Source: Octopus vulgaris
Taxonomy: Eukaryota
Direction: 5' to 3'
Assembly: GCA_951406725.2 (NCBI GenBank)
Contig: OX597816.1
Span: forward strand, 62,992,001 to 63,056,000
Length of the DNA: 64,000 nucleotides
Positions 26,116 to 39,830 of the stretch are shown here, one piece after another (within the stretch, counting starts at the first letter, position 1; every line of letters starts with the position of its first letter). The notes under the pieces were generated by a model. The model did no database searches and had not been told where the DNA came from. It worked only from the letters and a program-made list of their open reading frames with translations. Made by a program: the position numbers and the translations under genes.

Positions 26116-26732
26116 CCTTATCTCAATCTCCATCACTCTCTCTCCTCGATCTCTCGTCTATAAATATGCATATAAGCGACTTTACAGTTTCAATCTTGAC
26201 TTTAACACCGTGATGAAGAAATTTTAATATTTTATTCCTGAGATCCCCACGTGAGATGGTTAATTAACTCTACGAAAACCGTTTATTTTCTTTGGTGAAG
26301 AGGTGACGGATTAGAAATCCCCTGAAAGCAAACAGCAATGAGATGTTCCTTTCAATTTCTAATTGATAACTAAGTCTTTATATCGAGTAGTGTTAAGTAT
26401 ATTCCCCAGCAAGCCTATCTTAATTTAAACGAAGGTTTATCTTATATTAGAATCACCTTGTGACTAAAGCAGAGAACGCAGTTGGCTTGATGGTTAGGAG
26501 TGTTCCGCTCGCGATGTAATGATCATGAGATCTATTCCTCGGTCAAGCGGTGCACTGTTTCTTTGGGAAAGGCACTTTATTTCAACTCAGTTGTAATACA
26601 TATCAACTCTCTATCTCTCTCTCTTTCTAGCTGTCACATCCTGGGTGTTCCACAAGATAAAGGCTGAGAAAGAGTCTAAGTCTATCTATGTCTACAAAGT
26701 TACCTAAAACTATGAGCGGAAGCATGGTTCGT

Positions 26733-26948
26733 ATTGGTTTCAAATTTTGGCACAAGGACAGCAATTTCCGTGCAGGAGATAAATTGATTACTTCTACTCC
26801 AGTACTCAAATGATACTTATTTTATCGACCGCAAAAAGATGAAAGACAAAGTCAACCTCGGTGGAGTTTAAACTCAGAACATAAAGGACAGACGAAATGC
26901 CGCTAAGTATCTTGTCCGACGTACTAACGATTCTGCCAGCTCGTCGCC
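26733..26948 (-). mobile_element. SINE A monomer with second tail type
   Basis: Tail ccttgtgccaaaatttgaaacc. Confidence 0.8.
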
Positions 26949-26990
26949 TAACAAACCTGATAATAATGTCACAATAAACTGTATTAAGGT

Positions 26991-27243
26991 GGAGGCGCGT
27001 GGCTTAGTGGTTAGGGTATCAGTATCATGATCGTAAGATTGTGGTTTCGATTCCTGGACCGGGCGACGCGTTATGTTCTTGAGCAAAACACTTCATTTCA
27101 CGTTGCTCCAGTCCACTCAGCAGGCAAAAATGAGTAACGCTGCGATGGATTGGCGTCCCGTCCGGCTGGGGAACACATACGCCATTGAAGCCGGGAAACC
27201 GGGCCCATGAGCCTGGCTAGGTTTTAAAAGGGCGCATTTATTT
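26991..27243 (+). mobile_element. SINE family D with V-domain-like tail
   Basis: A box TGGCTTAGTGG, B box GGTTTCGATTCC, tail CTGCGATGGATTGGCGTCCCGTCC. Confidence 0.88.
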
Positions 27244-27245
27244 GA

Positions 27246-27554
27246 GGAGGCGCAATGGCCCATGGTTAGAGCAACGGACTCGCGTTCGGAAGATCGCAGT
27301 TTCGATTCCCAGACCGGGCGTTGTATGTGTTTATTGAGCGAAAACACATAAAGCTCCACGAGGCTCCGGCAGAGGGTGGTGGCGACCCCCATTGTACTCT
27401 TTCGCCCCAACTTTCTCTCACTCTTTCTTCTTGTTTCTTGAGTAACGCTGCGATGGACTGGCGTCCCGTCCAGCAGTGGGGAACACATACGCCATAGAAA
27501 CCGGGAAACAGGGTCCATGAGCCTGGCTAGGCTTGAAAAGGGTGCATAAAAAAA
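27246..27554 (+). mobile_element. SINE family C with the same V-like tail
   Basis: Tail nearly identical to 27131-27236. Confidence 0.88.
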
Positions 27555-27957
27555 AAACTGTATTAAGACAATAGTAATTTTAATGATTTCAAATTTTGAC
27601 TCAAGGTCAAAAATTTTAGGGAGTGTGTGTTAGTTGCAAGTTTACATGTTTCATAATTTAAGTTTGCATGTTTTCGAAATAACTAAGGGTTGAAATTGAA
27701 TAAAGTTTCGTATTAAATATTTGAGAGGATTTATAATGTTCGTTGATTAACTATCATCTACCCGATAGATAACGATAGATTCTATCGTTGTCATGCAACA
27801 CATACAAGAAGCAAATGAATTCCATAAATGTTAACCCTTATACACCAAATGTACCAACAGCTGGGACAAAGGCACATGCAGGAGGGATGAGGTGAAACAC
27901 CAAGACTAAATGTATATCTGTTTCAGAAAAGAATTTCAATTGTATCTAAAACATCAT

Positions 27958-28161
27958 CTCTTTTACTCTTTTACTTGTTTCAGTCATTTGACTGTGGCCA
28001 TGCTGAAGCACCGCCTTTTTTAGTCGAGCAAATCAACCCAAGGACTTATTCTTTGTAAGCCTATTACTTATTCTATCGGTCTCTTTTGCTGAACTGCTAA
28101 GTTACGGGGACGTAAACACGCCAGCATCGGTTGTCAAGCGATGTTAGGGGGACAAACACAG

Positions 28162-28254
<93 letters not shown>

Positions 28255-28420
28255 TATACATGACGGGCTTCTTTCAGTTTCCGTCTACCAAATTAACTCA
28301 CAAAGCTTTGGTCGGCCCTAAGCTATAGTAGAAGACACTTGCCCAAGGTGCCACACAGTAGGACTGAACCCGGAACCATGTGGTTCGTAAGCAAGCTACT
28401 TACTACACAGCCACTCGTGC
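27958..28420 (-). mobile_element. SINE B with expanded internal (CA)(TA) tract
   Basis: Homology to other B copies. Confidence 0.9.
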
Positions 28421-28499
28421 TACTTTTCTTCTCGCCTGATTAATTGATATTTTTTAATATAACCTGTATCATAGTTAAATATGTCACCCTTGGTGTGTA

Positions 28500-28850
28500 T
28501 CTGGTGTTGACTTTCTCGAAACCAGAAAATGAGAGACGTACATTTCATCTTGGCTGGAGTTTAGAAAAGATTTACCTTCTGAGTCTGGAAGCAGGAAATG
28601 GAAGAACCCATGGGCTTTGCACGATTTTCGATACTTGGAAGTTTGGTGTCATTGGTGTTCTTTTGAAATTATTGCTAGCAAATAACTACCGGGTAGAAAC
28701 GAGAAAAGAGGAATCTTGAGAACCGATGTTCTGAAGATGAATGATTGAGCATAGTGTTGATAGAGGACAGGGTAGAATTAGAATGGAGAGATGAGAATGT
28801 GGGTATCTAAGTATACAAGTGATAAAGGTACCAGGCCAGCAAGATCTGAG
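28500..28850 (-). mobile_element. Decayed PLE reverse-transcriptase fragment
   Basis: Motifs in expected order: LYT*IP (cf. SLYTNIP), ASNNF, KPMGSSIS (cf. GxPMGSxxS). Confidence 0.55.
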
Positions 28851-29369
28851 GGACAAAGACCATTATAGTAACCATTTGAAATCAAAATGTAAAGGGCTGT
28901 AACTCTATACCACAAGGCATTTTACCAATCGTTAATTGTATATGCCATTATACCACTCCAAAATGAACGAGTGGACCATTCTGTACACGATGAATGTACT
29001 ACTAATAACAGCCAAATCTCACTGGTATCATAACCTGTAAAAATCTTAACGTACACATTTGAAGATAAAAACACGGGATGGTCAAGCCTATAACGGTCTT
29101 TATCTTATAGGTCTGCTCGATCATGGACTAAACAAGGTGAACAATCTATTTCCTCTGATTAAGGAATATAAAATAAGCTATTACTGTTGCTTTGTTTTGT
29201 TTAGCCCCAGGTCAACCTTGATCAGGAAGTCAGGAAACCTATGATCAAAAATATACTATTCTTGGCAATCTCGTCAGACAACTCTGGCGAGAATGTCTGA
29301 AGAGACATCAACATTAACTAAACGCAATATTCGGCACGAAACCGACCGTGATATGGTAACATTCTGACC

Positions 29370-29512
29370 AGTCTAGGGTTCAAAGGCCAACAGCTCTTCA
29401 ATGTCCTACCACAAAAATTAAGAAATCTGTATTACGAGCTTACAAGTGTATATCTGTTTCAGAAAAGATGGGAATAGATGTCTTCAAAAAGGAACTAGAA
29501 ATCCTCTTCTGG
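29370..29512 (+). mobile_element. CR1-group LINE ORF2 C-terminal fragment
   Basis: SLGFKGQQLFNVLPQKLRNL...DVFKKELE. Confidence 0.65.
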
Positions 29513-30041
29513 TAGGAGAGGAGAAATAAAGGACGCACAGGCGAAGAAGAGAGTTAAGTAAGAACATTAGACTGTGAAAAACTGTCACAAGAATGGATGG
29601 AGGACAAGATGTTTGCTAATTGAGGTTACCAGTTGAGGATCGGTAGGTCATTTGCTGGTTAAGGCCTATTGAACCCTGAGCACTAGAAAGAAGAGAAAAG
29701 AACTATTAAGAACGACTTAGAAGCATCTGAGAAAACATCAGAAGATTCTAGCTGGAAAACAGGTAATCATTGAGGTCAGTAGAATGCCGCTTGGATACAG
29801 GCCGAGGCTTCATTAATCTTGGTCGAGGAACGTAGAAGAAGATGAATGGCGTAGATCCCGAAACACCCAATGCGTCCAGGATTCAATGCTGACGATGTGT
29901 CCAAGTATAAGATCAGTATATCTTTGAAAATGTTGACTATAACTTTGAAGTCTCGCCGGTTGGGGCTCTGTCAGATAGTGTAATTCAAATATGAGCAGTG
30001 AAACTTCGAACTCACTGTTAACCTTTTCTTTGAAAAACGCT

Positions 30042-30074
<33 letters not shown>

Positions 30075-30114
30075 ACGCACACAAATACACACAGAGACAA
30101 ACACAGCATATATA

Positions 30115-30523
30115 CACTTTACTCTTTTATGCTTTTACTTGTTTCAGTCATTTGACTGTGGCCATGCTGGCGCATTGCCTTTAGTCGAACAAATCTAACC
30201 CAGGACTTATTCTTTGTAAGCCTAGTACTTATTCTATCGGTCTCTTTTGCCAAACCGCTAAATGACGGGGACGTAAACACACCAGCATCGGTTGTCAAGC
30301 GATGTTGGGGGGACAAACAGATACATAAACACACACACATACATATACATACATATATACGACAAGCTTCTTTCAGTTTACGTCTACCAAATCAACCCAC
30401 AAGGCTTTGGTCGGCCCGAGGCTATTGTAGAAGACACTTGCCCAAGGTGACATGCAGTGGGAGTGAACCCGGAACCATGTGGGTTCATAAGCAAGCTACT
30501 TACCACTTGGCTACTCCTACGCC
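30115..30523 (-). mobile_element. SINE B
   Basis: Homology to other B copies. Confidence 0.9.
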
Positions 30524-31130
30524 TATGCGTGCATGCGTGTGTGTGCGTGTGAGTATACACTCACCACAGGGTTTACCCAGCATCAACCTAATGGCTGTCT
30601 AAATATATACGGCATCTGTTGTGCCGAGATTCTTTTTTTTTTTTTGTACAATAGACTTTATAAATTATTCGTAAATGCATCCAGAAGTACTTTGATATTT
30701 AATTATATGTACGATATTAAAAGTAATGAAGAGGACATACGACAGAATGCGTGTGTTATAAATGTCTCTTTTATATATGTAATTCTTTCGGATCAAAGCT
30801 CATTCATACCAAGCAACTATAACGAAAACTACACATAGATACTTTGTATATATATTTACATAGGCACGCGTATGCACACTGACTGACGTACGTACATATA
30901 TATACACACACGCACCAACACGAACACAAATACTTGTTATCTTTATTTACAATGTGGTGTACGTTTATGTCTGTGTGTGTGTGTGTCTGTGTGTGTGTAT
31001 TTATATCCAATTTATACGCCATTCGTATTTACGTTTATATGTTTATTTACACATGTGTGTGTATATCTGCGCGCACGCACGAGTGTATTCGCACACACGC
31101 ACATATATGTACACACACACATCTATGTCG

Positions 31131-31179
<49 letters not shown>

Positions 31180-31234
31180 TGTGTGTATGTAGGTATATAT
31201 ATATATATACACATATATATATACATACAAATAC

Positions 31235-31291
<57 letters not shown>

Positions 31292-31575
31292 TATATTTGT
31301 AATATATTTATATGTATATATATATGTGTGTGTGCGTGTATATATATAACTTATTCATAAATATGCATGCCTGTTTACGATATATATATGTATATAAATA
31401 TCTGTATATACACATACACAACACAAGCGCACAGGCACAAACACACCCATATATAATTCAACATAGACATACACACACATAATGTGCCCGTATGTATCGT
31501 AAATAAGCGTGCACATTTATGAATGCGTATGTGCCTATGCATCTGTGTATGTGCATATATATATGTATGTGTGTA

Positions 31576-31641
<66 letters not shown>

Positions 31642-32084
31642 TGTGCGTGTGTATCTATGTACGTATATATGTATGCATTATTGTTAGCTACTAATCAAAA
31701 TTCATTACCAGTTACTCGACAATAAGGCTTCAATGATATGGTTCGTAAAAGATTCTGAAATATAAATGAAAATCAATGATACTGCGGTTCTTCGGTACAT
31801 TTAATCACTGCAATATATATTATCTACAGGGGCTAATAATATATACATACTCTAGTGCGACTGTGTGTCTATATACGGGTCTGTGTGTATACGATTGTAG
31901 AAACGTGTGTAGCCGCTGTGTGCGTATGCATGCATTCATAGAAGTTAATATAAAGTTACCTGTTAGCTGAGTACATTTCATTTAAATATTCTTATATATG
32001 GAGACAGAGATTAATATGAAATTTCTTTTGCATATAAATGCGCCCAGTTGTTTGTTTTCTATTAAGTACACGGCCACCGATTTC

Positions 32085-32115
<31 letters not shown>

Positions 32116-32282
32116 TGTATGTATGTATGTATGTATGTATGTATGTATGTATGTATGTATGTATGTATGTATGTATGTATGTATGTATGTATGTATGTAT
32201 GTATGTGTATGCGCGTATGTGTTTTTCCGCATGTGTCCGTGTATGTGCATGAGTGTGTCGTTCATACACCCTTAAAAACATG

Positions 32283-32333
<51 letters not shown>

Positions 32334-32364
32334 TACATACATGTACATACATACATACATAAAT

Positions 32365-32614
32365 TCTTTTATTCTTTTATTTCTTTCAGTCGTTTGACTG
32401 CGGTTGTGCTGGGGCGCCGCTTTTAGTCGAACAAATCGACATCCCGGACTTATTCTTTGCAAGACTAGTATGCATTCTATCGGTCTCTTTTACCGAACCA
32501 CTAAGTTGCGAAGACGTAAACACACCAACATCGGCTGTCAATCGATGGTGGGGCGACAAACCCAAACACATGAAGACATACATACATACATACATACATA
32601 CATACATACATACA

Positions 32615-32648
<34 letters not shown>

Positions 32649-32778
32649 CAACATATATATATATATTGGCCTGCTCGCTTAGTCAGCGGGGTGGCGTCAC
32701 TTGAAGGCTAAAAAAATGCAAAGCGATTGTGAACAGCGATGTGTAGCAACATCTGATAGCCTGGTCGGTCATGGTCAC

Positions 32779-32828
<50 letters not shown>

Positions 32829-32977
32829 GGGGTTTTTTCAGTTTCCGCCAACCAAATCCACTCACAATGCTTTGGTCGGCCCGAGGAGATACTTGCCGAA
32901 GGTACCACACAGTGGGACTGAACCCGGAAGAATGTGGTTGGGAAGCAAGCTTATTACCACAAAGCCACCCCTGTGCC
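32365..32977 (-). mobile_element. SINE B with a nested 3'-tail fragment (32666-32780, +) in its microsatellite
   Basis: The nested piece matches the tail of the SINE C copy at 49626-49717. Confidence 0.82.
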
Positions 32978-32983
32978 TATATA

Positions 32984-33073
<90 letters not shown>

Positions 33074-33215
33074 AAGTAGATAAATGAATTATCTTATTAC
33101 GGATTATTCAAATGATAACCGATACCTGGGTAGCAAAAATCACAACAGAAAAATCACGGTTGAGGTTACGACCATGGGTCTCAAACCCGTACCTTAGTGC
33201 GGAAATTTGAAGTTT

Positions 33216-33412
<197 letters not shown>

Positions 33413-33739
33413 TTGTGTGCGTGTGTGTGTGCGTGTGTGTGTGTATCAGGGGCGATGCATACCTTACTATTTTTCCACGATAAATAATTGTTGTGTAATA
33501 TATAATTGATTATTGATCATTTTCACTAAATTAATTGCAGTCATACTTACTTGTATTTCGCATTCCTTGATATCTTTGTATAAACTGTAAACAATCGATA
33601 TTACTTTACAAGTGTAAGTAGTGAAAGCTCATGTTTGTTGTGCGAGAAAAGAAGGAAAAGTTGTGAATTAATTGGTCTCCTGTTCTTTTGAGAAGTGTGC
33701 GTCAACAAGAAAGACAAAACAAACGAGTAGGCAACAGAG

Positions 33740-34290
33740 ACAGGGACGAATATTTCTGCTTGCTTTCAGGTATAGTAAGAGCAATGGTATTAGACTCTTC
33801 GCCTTCTATTATTCTCTTCGAGGATGGAGAGCCAAAAAAGGGAGACAAATTAACGGGTTAGTGATTAATAGAATGGCAAAAGAAAACAAATTTTTTACTA
33901 TTTGCTCTCAGTCATAGTAACGGCAGTGGTGTTATTTTCTTTGTAGTCTATTATTTTCGAGAAAGGAAGCGTCAAAATGAGGGACAAATCGAAAAATTAG
34001 TGAGTGATCAAGAAAGAAAAAGACAGAGAAAGCAGATATTTCACTGCTTACTTTCAGCCGTGTTAAGTTGCTAACAGAAAGCAAATTTTTTACTGTTTAC
34101 ATTCAATTATAGTAAGGGCAGGGACCAAAAAAAGAGAAAGACAGAGAAAGCAGATATTTCACTGCTTACTTTCAGCCGTGTTAAGTTGCCAACAGAAAGC
34201 TGCTTGCTTTCAGTTATAGTAAGAGCAGTGACCAAGATAGAGAAAGCAGATATTTTACTGCTTGCCTTCCAGCCGTGTTAAGCCAGCAGA
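33740..34290. repeat. Degenerate repeat array of a stem-loop motif
   Basis: About 7 copies of actgcttRctttcag...taag.gcag; 64-bp duplication at 34019-34082 and 34137-34200. Confidence 0.8.
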
Positions 34291-34459
34291 CACGTCGTCA
34301 ACTTTCTCTCTCCTGAAGTGTTGATGTTTTTTGCTGTCCTATGCAGCAGAGGACTTTCCTGAGGCTTTCCTCATAGTCGGACAGATTTAAACGAGAAATG
34401 CATATTTAGTCAATTTACAAGTTTGTTTTATTGCTTTCTGATATGTTTCCTACGTATAT

Positions 34460-34700
34460 TATCTTTTATCTTCTACTCGTTTCAATCAGTAAATTGTGGC
34501 CATGCTGGGGCACCATCTTAAATAATTTTTAGTCTAATGAATCTACCCTAGTATTTTTCTTTAAGGCCTGGTGCTTATTCGTTTGGTCTCTCGTGCCGAA
34601 CTACTAAGTTACGGGAACGTAAACACACCAACGCCGGTTGTCAAGCGTTGGTGAAGAACAAACACAGACACAATGGCACACATACAAACACACACACATA
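34460..34700 (-). mobile_element. SINE B 3' half
   Basis: Homology; ends in the internal microsatellite where the next element begins. Confidence 0.75.
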
Positions 34701-35425
34701 CAGAGTGCGCTGGATAAATTGCCGCCATTTCATATTTTTAATTTCGCGCATGAGCATTGTTTGTTTTTGATTTTGTCGACTACACAATATAGTAGGGTCC
34801 GTTGGGCACCGTCTGTGAGAAAAAAAAGCACCATAACGCAATTCACTCTGCTAAAAGTTTGGAAACGACATGCTGTGCTGCTTAGTATTCGCGCCGGAAG
34901 CTCCAATACGAACATTTCAGAGTGTTTGGGTGTCAATCTGAGGAGAGTGCAATCTGAGGACATGTACCGAGAGTGATAAAAATCAAACATTCAATCAACA
35001 TCATGGTGTTCGAAGTGATCACAAGTGATGGTGACGTTATGCCTCCCTTCGTTTTCCTACACGGCCTCAGACCAACTAGGCGACCTATATCAAGTGCCTG
35101 GAGAAGGTAGTGCTGCCCTGAGCCAAGTGGGTGGCTGCTGGAAGATCCTATGAATGGCAACAGGACTCTGCATCATGCCACACAAGTAGGAGCACCCAGT
35201 CATGACTCAGACAATTTCTGCCACCACACTACCCCTAACATCTGGCCACCTAACTCCCCAGATTGCAACCACTTTGATTATTATGTGTGGTGCGCAGTTG
35301 CGCGAGCGACCAACAAAACTCCAAAGATGAACTGAAGGCAAGGATTATGGCAGCATTCACCAACTTAAACAAAGAGACCGTCCAGAAGAGTTGCAGGAGA
35401 TTCGGAAGTCGTCTGGCTGCCGACG
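34701..35425 (+). mobile_element. Tc1/mariner maT-like (DD37D-type) element, internally deleted
   Basis: Starts TA-CAG; IMVFEVITSDGDVMPPFVF, WQQDSASCHTSR, WPPNSPDCNHFDYYVW, ELKARIMAAFTNL. Confidence 0.82.
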
Positions 35426-35568
35426 GTGACCTCTGCCCCATAGCCGTTGGTTATACTCTGCGACAGTTCACAGCAAATGTGTTTCTGTCCCCAGTTTCTA
35501 ACTGCCTGTCCGCTTTCCCTATTCCCTATTCAGCTGCTCCCATTACTATTTAAATTATTAAGTGAAGT

Positions 35569-35980
35569 GGGATGCCCAGGGGCACTATCTAAAATTAAAA
35601 GAAGTTTGAAATCTAAATTATAATAATTATCTTTTTGCAATATTTTTCAAATGTGGAACAAAAATGCATATTGAACCATTCTTAAAACTGCTTTGTCACC
35701 AAATCCCTTTTATTCCGTTTCCAAATTACTGAAAGAGATATGCCTTTTAATGCTCTTCGGTTCATTATACGATTAATTAGCATCGGTTTTAATTTGCATT
35801 CCACTTTGGCATTGCCTCCCAGTAGAAGTGTTAATTTATCTTTGGGTGATTTATAACTTGGTGTCGTCGCTTCTTTTCTTGCCAGAAAATTCTTGTTGAC
35901 ATTTTATTCCCAGAATAGGGAAGTTTCGTCGACATTGAGGATTTGACGATAATCCTACCAATTTTCTCCAATTATATCTG
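35569..35980 (-). mobile_element. Tigger/pogo transposase (DDE_1) remnant
   Basis: QILNVDETSLFW..KDKLTLLLGGNAKVECKLKPMLI..RALK..EWFN..KLLLILDSAPGHP. Confidence 0.85.
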
Positions 35981-36229
35981 TGCGCTGATAAACGTTGTTT
36001 TTCACTTATGGCCAATCGTACTTAAAAAATAGAATATGACACAAATAAATAAAATTCTTTAAAGAAAAGCACTTATTGTTTTTTCTTTTTTTTTTTTTGA
36101 TTAAAAAAAAGATCATCATTTACTTCAATTTGTATATTTTATTTTTATTACAGTGGGACATTAGATACTATAAAAAAAATCAAGGACGCAGTAAAACCAC
36201 ACAAAATTCATGGACTGCTGTTTTATCTT

Positions 36230-36480
36230 ACACTTTTACCTTTTTACTTGTTTCAGTTATTTGACTGCGGCCATGCTGGAGCACCGCCTTTTTTAGTCGA
36301 GAAATTCGAACCCAAGACTTATTCTTTCTAAGCCTAGTACTTATTCTATGTGTCTGTTTTGCCGAACCGCTACAGTACGGGGATGTAAACACACCGGCAT
36401 CGGTTGTTAAGCGATGTCGGTGGTGGAGGGGGGGCAAACACAGACATACAAACACATACTCACGCACACACACACACATA
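36230..36480 (-). mobile_element. SINE B 3' half
   Basis: Homology to other B copies. Confidence 0.85.
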
Positions 36481-36794
36481 CTGCAATGTGAGTTTTTATG
36501 AGTTTTATAGAATGCTATGGTTTCTATGATAATATACATATGAATGGGTGTAGCCTAATAGTTACAGAGTTGTTCTCTCTAATCGTACGTTCGATTCCTG
36601 CATCAAGTGTCGCGCTATTTCCAAGAGCAAGTGTTACATCTTTGTTCTATTGGATTAAGGATAGGAAAGCCGAGAAAATTTCAATGTTCGTGACGTTGAA
36701 GATACCTAAAGCAATTACTGAGAACATTGAACTTACTATGCTGTCATACTCGTGTGCGAGTTGTTGTTATAATTTAATTAAGAGGCATACTCTC

Positions 36795-37193
36795 TACTCT
36801 TTACTCTTTTACTTGTTTCAGTCATTTGACTGCAGCCATGCTGGAGTACCATCTTTTAGTCGAGCAAATCGACCCCAGGACTTATTCTATCGGGGTTTTT
36901 TTGCCGAACCGCTAAGTTACCGGGACGTAAACACACCAGCATCGGTTGTCAAGCGATGTTGGGAGACGATCACAGATACACAAACATATACACGCACATA
37001 CATATATATACATATTTATACATACATATCTACGACGGGCTTCTTTCAGTTTCCGTCTACCAAATCCACTCACAAGGCTTTGGTCGGCCCGAGGCAATAA
37101 TAGAAGACACTTGCCCAAAGTTCCACGCAGTGGGACTGAACCCGGAGCCATGTGGTTGGTAAGCAAGCTACTTACCACATAGCCACTCCTGCG
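36795..37193 (-). mobile_element. SINE B, full length
   Basis: Homology to other B copies. Confidence 0.9.
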
Positions 37194-37246
37194 CATATGT
37201 GTATGCAAGTATCTATTTTTAAAGTATGTTATCCATCGGAGTACTT

Positions 37247-38240
37247 AATCCTTTCTGCTTATGGGCACACATCTGGAAATTTGAGAGGAAGAGGATAGTT
37301 GATTACATCGCCCCCCGCCCCCCAGTGTTTTACTGGTACTTAATTCATCTATGAAAGACAAAGTCAACCTCGGCGAAATTTGAACTTAGAACGTAGCGAT
37401 GGGTGAATTACCACTAAGTGTTTCACCCGGCGTGATAATGATTCTTTTGTACTCTAGACACAAGGCACGAAATTTTGGAGGAGGGTGACAGTCAATTAGA
37501 TCGACCCCAGTACGCAACTGGTACTTAATTTATCCACCCCGAAAGAAGGAAAGGCAAAGTCGAGCTCGGTGGAATTTAAACTCAGAACGTAGCGGCAGAC
37601 GAAACACCTCTAAGCATTTCACATCTTGTGCTAAAGTTTCATATTTCTTTATTGCCCACAAGGGGCTAAACATAGAGAGGACAAAAAAGGACAGACAAAG
37701 GAATTAAGTCGATTACATCGATCCCAGTGCGTAACTGGTACTTATTTAGTCGACCTCGAAAGAATGAAAGGCAAAGTCGACCTCGGCGGAATTTGAACTC
37801 AGAACGTAAAGACAGACGAAATACCTATTTCTTTACTACCCACAAGGGGCTAAACACAGAGTGGACAAACAAGGACAGACAAACGGATAAAGTCGATTAC
37901 ATCAACCCCAGTACGTAAATGGTACTTATTTAATCGACCCCGAAAAGATGAAAGGTAAAGTCGACCTCGATGGAATTTGAACTCAGAACGTAACGGCAGA
38001 CGAAATACCTATTTCTTTATTACCCACAAGGGGCTAAACACAGAGGAGACAAACAAGGACAGACATAGGTATTAAGTCGATTACATCGACCCCAGTGCGT
38101 AACTGGTGCTTAATTTATCGACCCCGAAAAGATGAAAGGCAAAGTCGACCTCGATGGAATTTGAACTCAGAACGTAACGGCAGACGAAATACCGCTAAAC
38201 ATTTCGCCCGGATGCTATTATTTCTGCCAGATCGCCGCCT
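37247..38240 (-). mobile_element. Head-to-tail array of five SINE A units
   Basis: Three units with the Tx1-like tail followed by two with the second tail; period about 185 bp. Confidence 0.9.
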
Positions 38241-38580
38241 TAATGAAAAATATAATTTGCAAATTTACAACGGAAACTGTGCAGAAACATTTCGTGTATA
38301 CGTGTGTGTGCGCGCGCGAGTCTTTGCGTTTTTCTCCATGCCACTTAACAATCGGTGTTGCTTTGTTTACATCCCCATTAGTTAACGGCTCGGCATTAGA
38401 GTATAATAGGATAAGTACGACACAAAAAGAATGAGTATCGGGTTTTATTTGATCGATTAAAACACTCCAAGGAGGTTGCCGAAGCCTGACCGCAGGGCAG
38501 TGACTGAAGCAAAGCAAATGAATAAAAGGATTAGCAGTTATCATCGTCGTTAAGTACATTGTTTTACAGACACTTTTTAT

Positions 38581-39175
38581 CGGGGGCGGACTGAGCTGTC
38601 GGTCAATCGGGCACTGCCCGAGGGCTCGGAGTTCTATGGGGCTCAAACTCTACATGTTAATTCTACTAAAACATACATTCAAAGGGGCCCGGTAAACAGT
38701 TATGCCCGAGGGCCCTTAATATTCTCAGTCCGCGAAATGGCAGAAACGTTAGTACGCCGCGCGAAATGCTTAGCGGTATTTTGTCTGCCGTTACGTTCTG
38801 AGTTCAAATTCCGCCGAGGTCGACTCTGCCTTTCATCCTTTCGGGGTCGATAAATTAAGTACCAGTTACGCCCTGCGGTCGATATAATCGACTTAATCCG
38901 TTTGTCTGTCATTGTTTGTCCTCTCTATGTTTAGCCCCTGTGGGCAATAAAGAAATAAGAAACTTTAGCACGCCGGGCGAAATGCTTAGAAGTATTTCGT
39001 CTGCCGCTACGTTCTGAGTTCAAATACCGCCGAGGTCGACTTTGCTCTTCATCCTTTCGGTATGGATAAATTAAGTACCAGTTGCGTACTAAGGTCGTTC
39101 TAATCGACTGGCTCCCTTCCCCAAAATTTCCGGCCTGTGCCTAGAGTAGAAAAGAATACTCTCAGTCCGTTCCTG
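38581..39175. mobile_element. hAT-type MITE with 8-bp TSD, carrying a nested SINE dimer
   Basis: TIR cgggggcggactgag / ctcagtccgttcctg; TSD CTTTTTAT at 38573-38580 and 39176-39183. Confidence 0.85.
38733..39154 (+). mobile_element. SINE A dimer flanked by one 15-bp TSD
   Basis: aatattctcagtccg (38718-38732) and aatactctcagtccg (39155-39169). Confidence 0.9.
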
Positions 39176-39526
39176 CTTTTTATAAACTCTGTTCCATAAT
39201 TACCATTATCAATGTTACGTAAGTATTAGAAATATTAAAATGGGAATTGTTTTATCCTAATTCTATTCTCCTCCGTTTTTAGATGTTAGAAAATTCCAAT
39301 ATTTATGGAGACAAATTTTTTTTAAATTGCTATCATTCCATGAAACGAAAATATTATATAATCCTGGGATATAAAATGAAAATAATACATCTTACGAAGG
39401 CATGCGAAAGTGTATTCGTTTTATATGACATCTCGTTTGATTTGTGAGATTAAGGACAAACGTAACAGGGAAGATATTAAGTGCTTTGGAGCAAGATATA
39501 TGTATTCTAGTTAGAACTGCACAGAA

Positions 39527-39830
<304 letters not shown>

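Noticed and set aside
37247-38240. CRISPR-like regularly spaced repeats
   Set aside because: Whole ~185-bp units are homologous SINE copies; no unique spacers, no cas genes, eukaryotic context.
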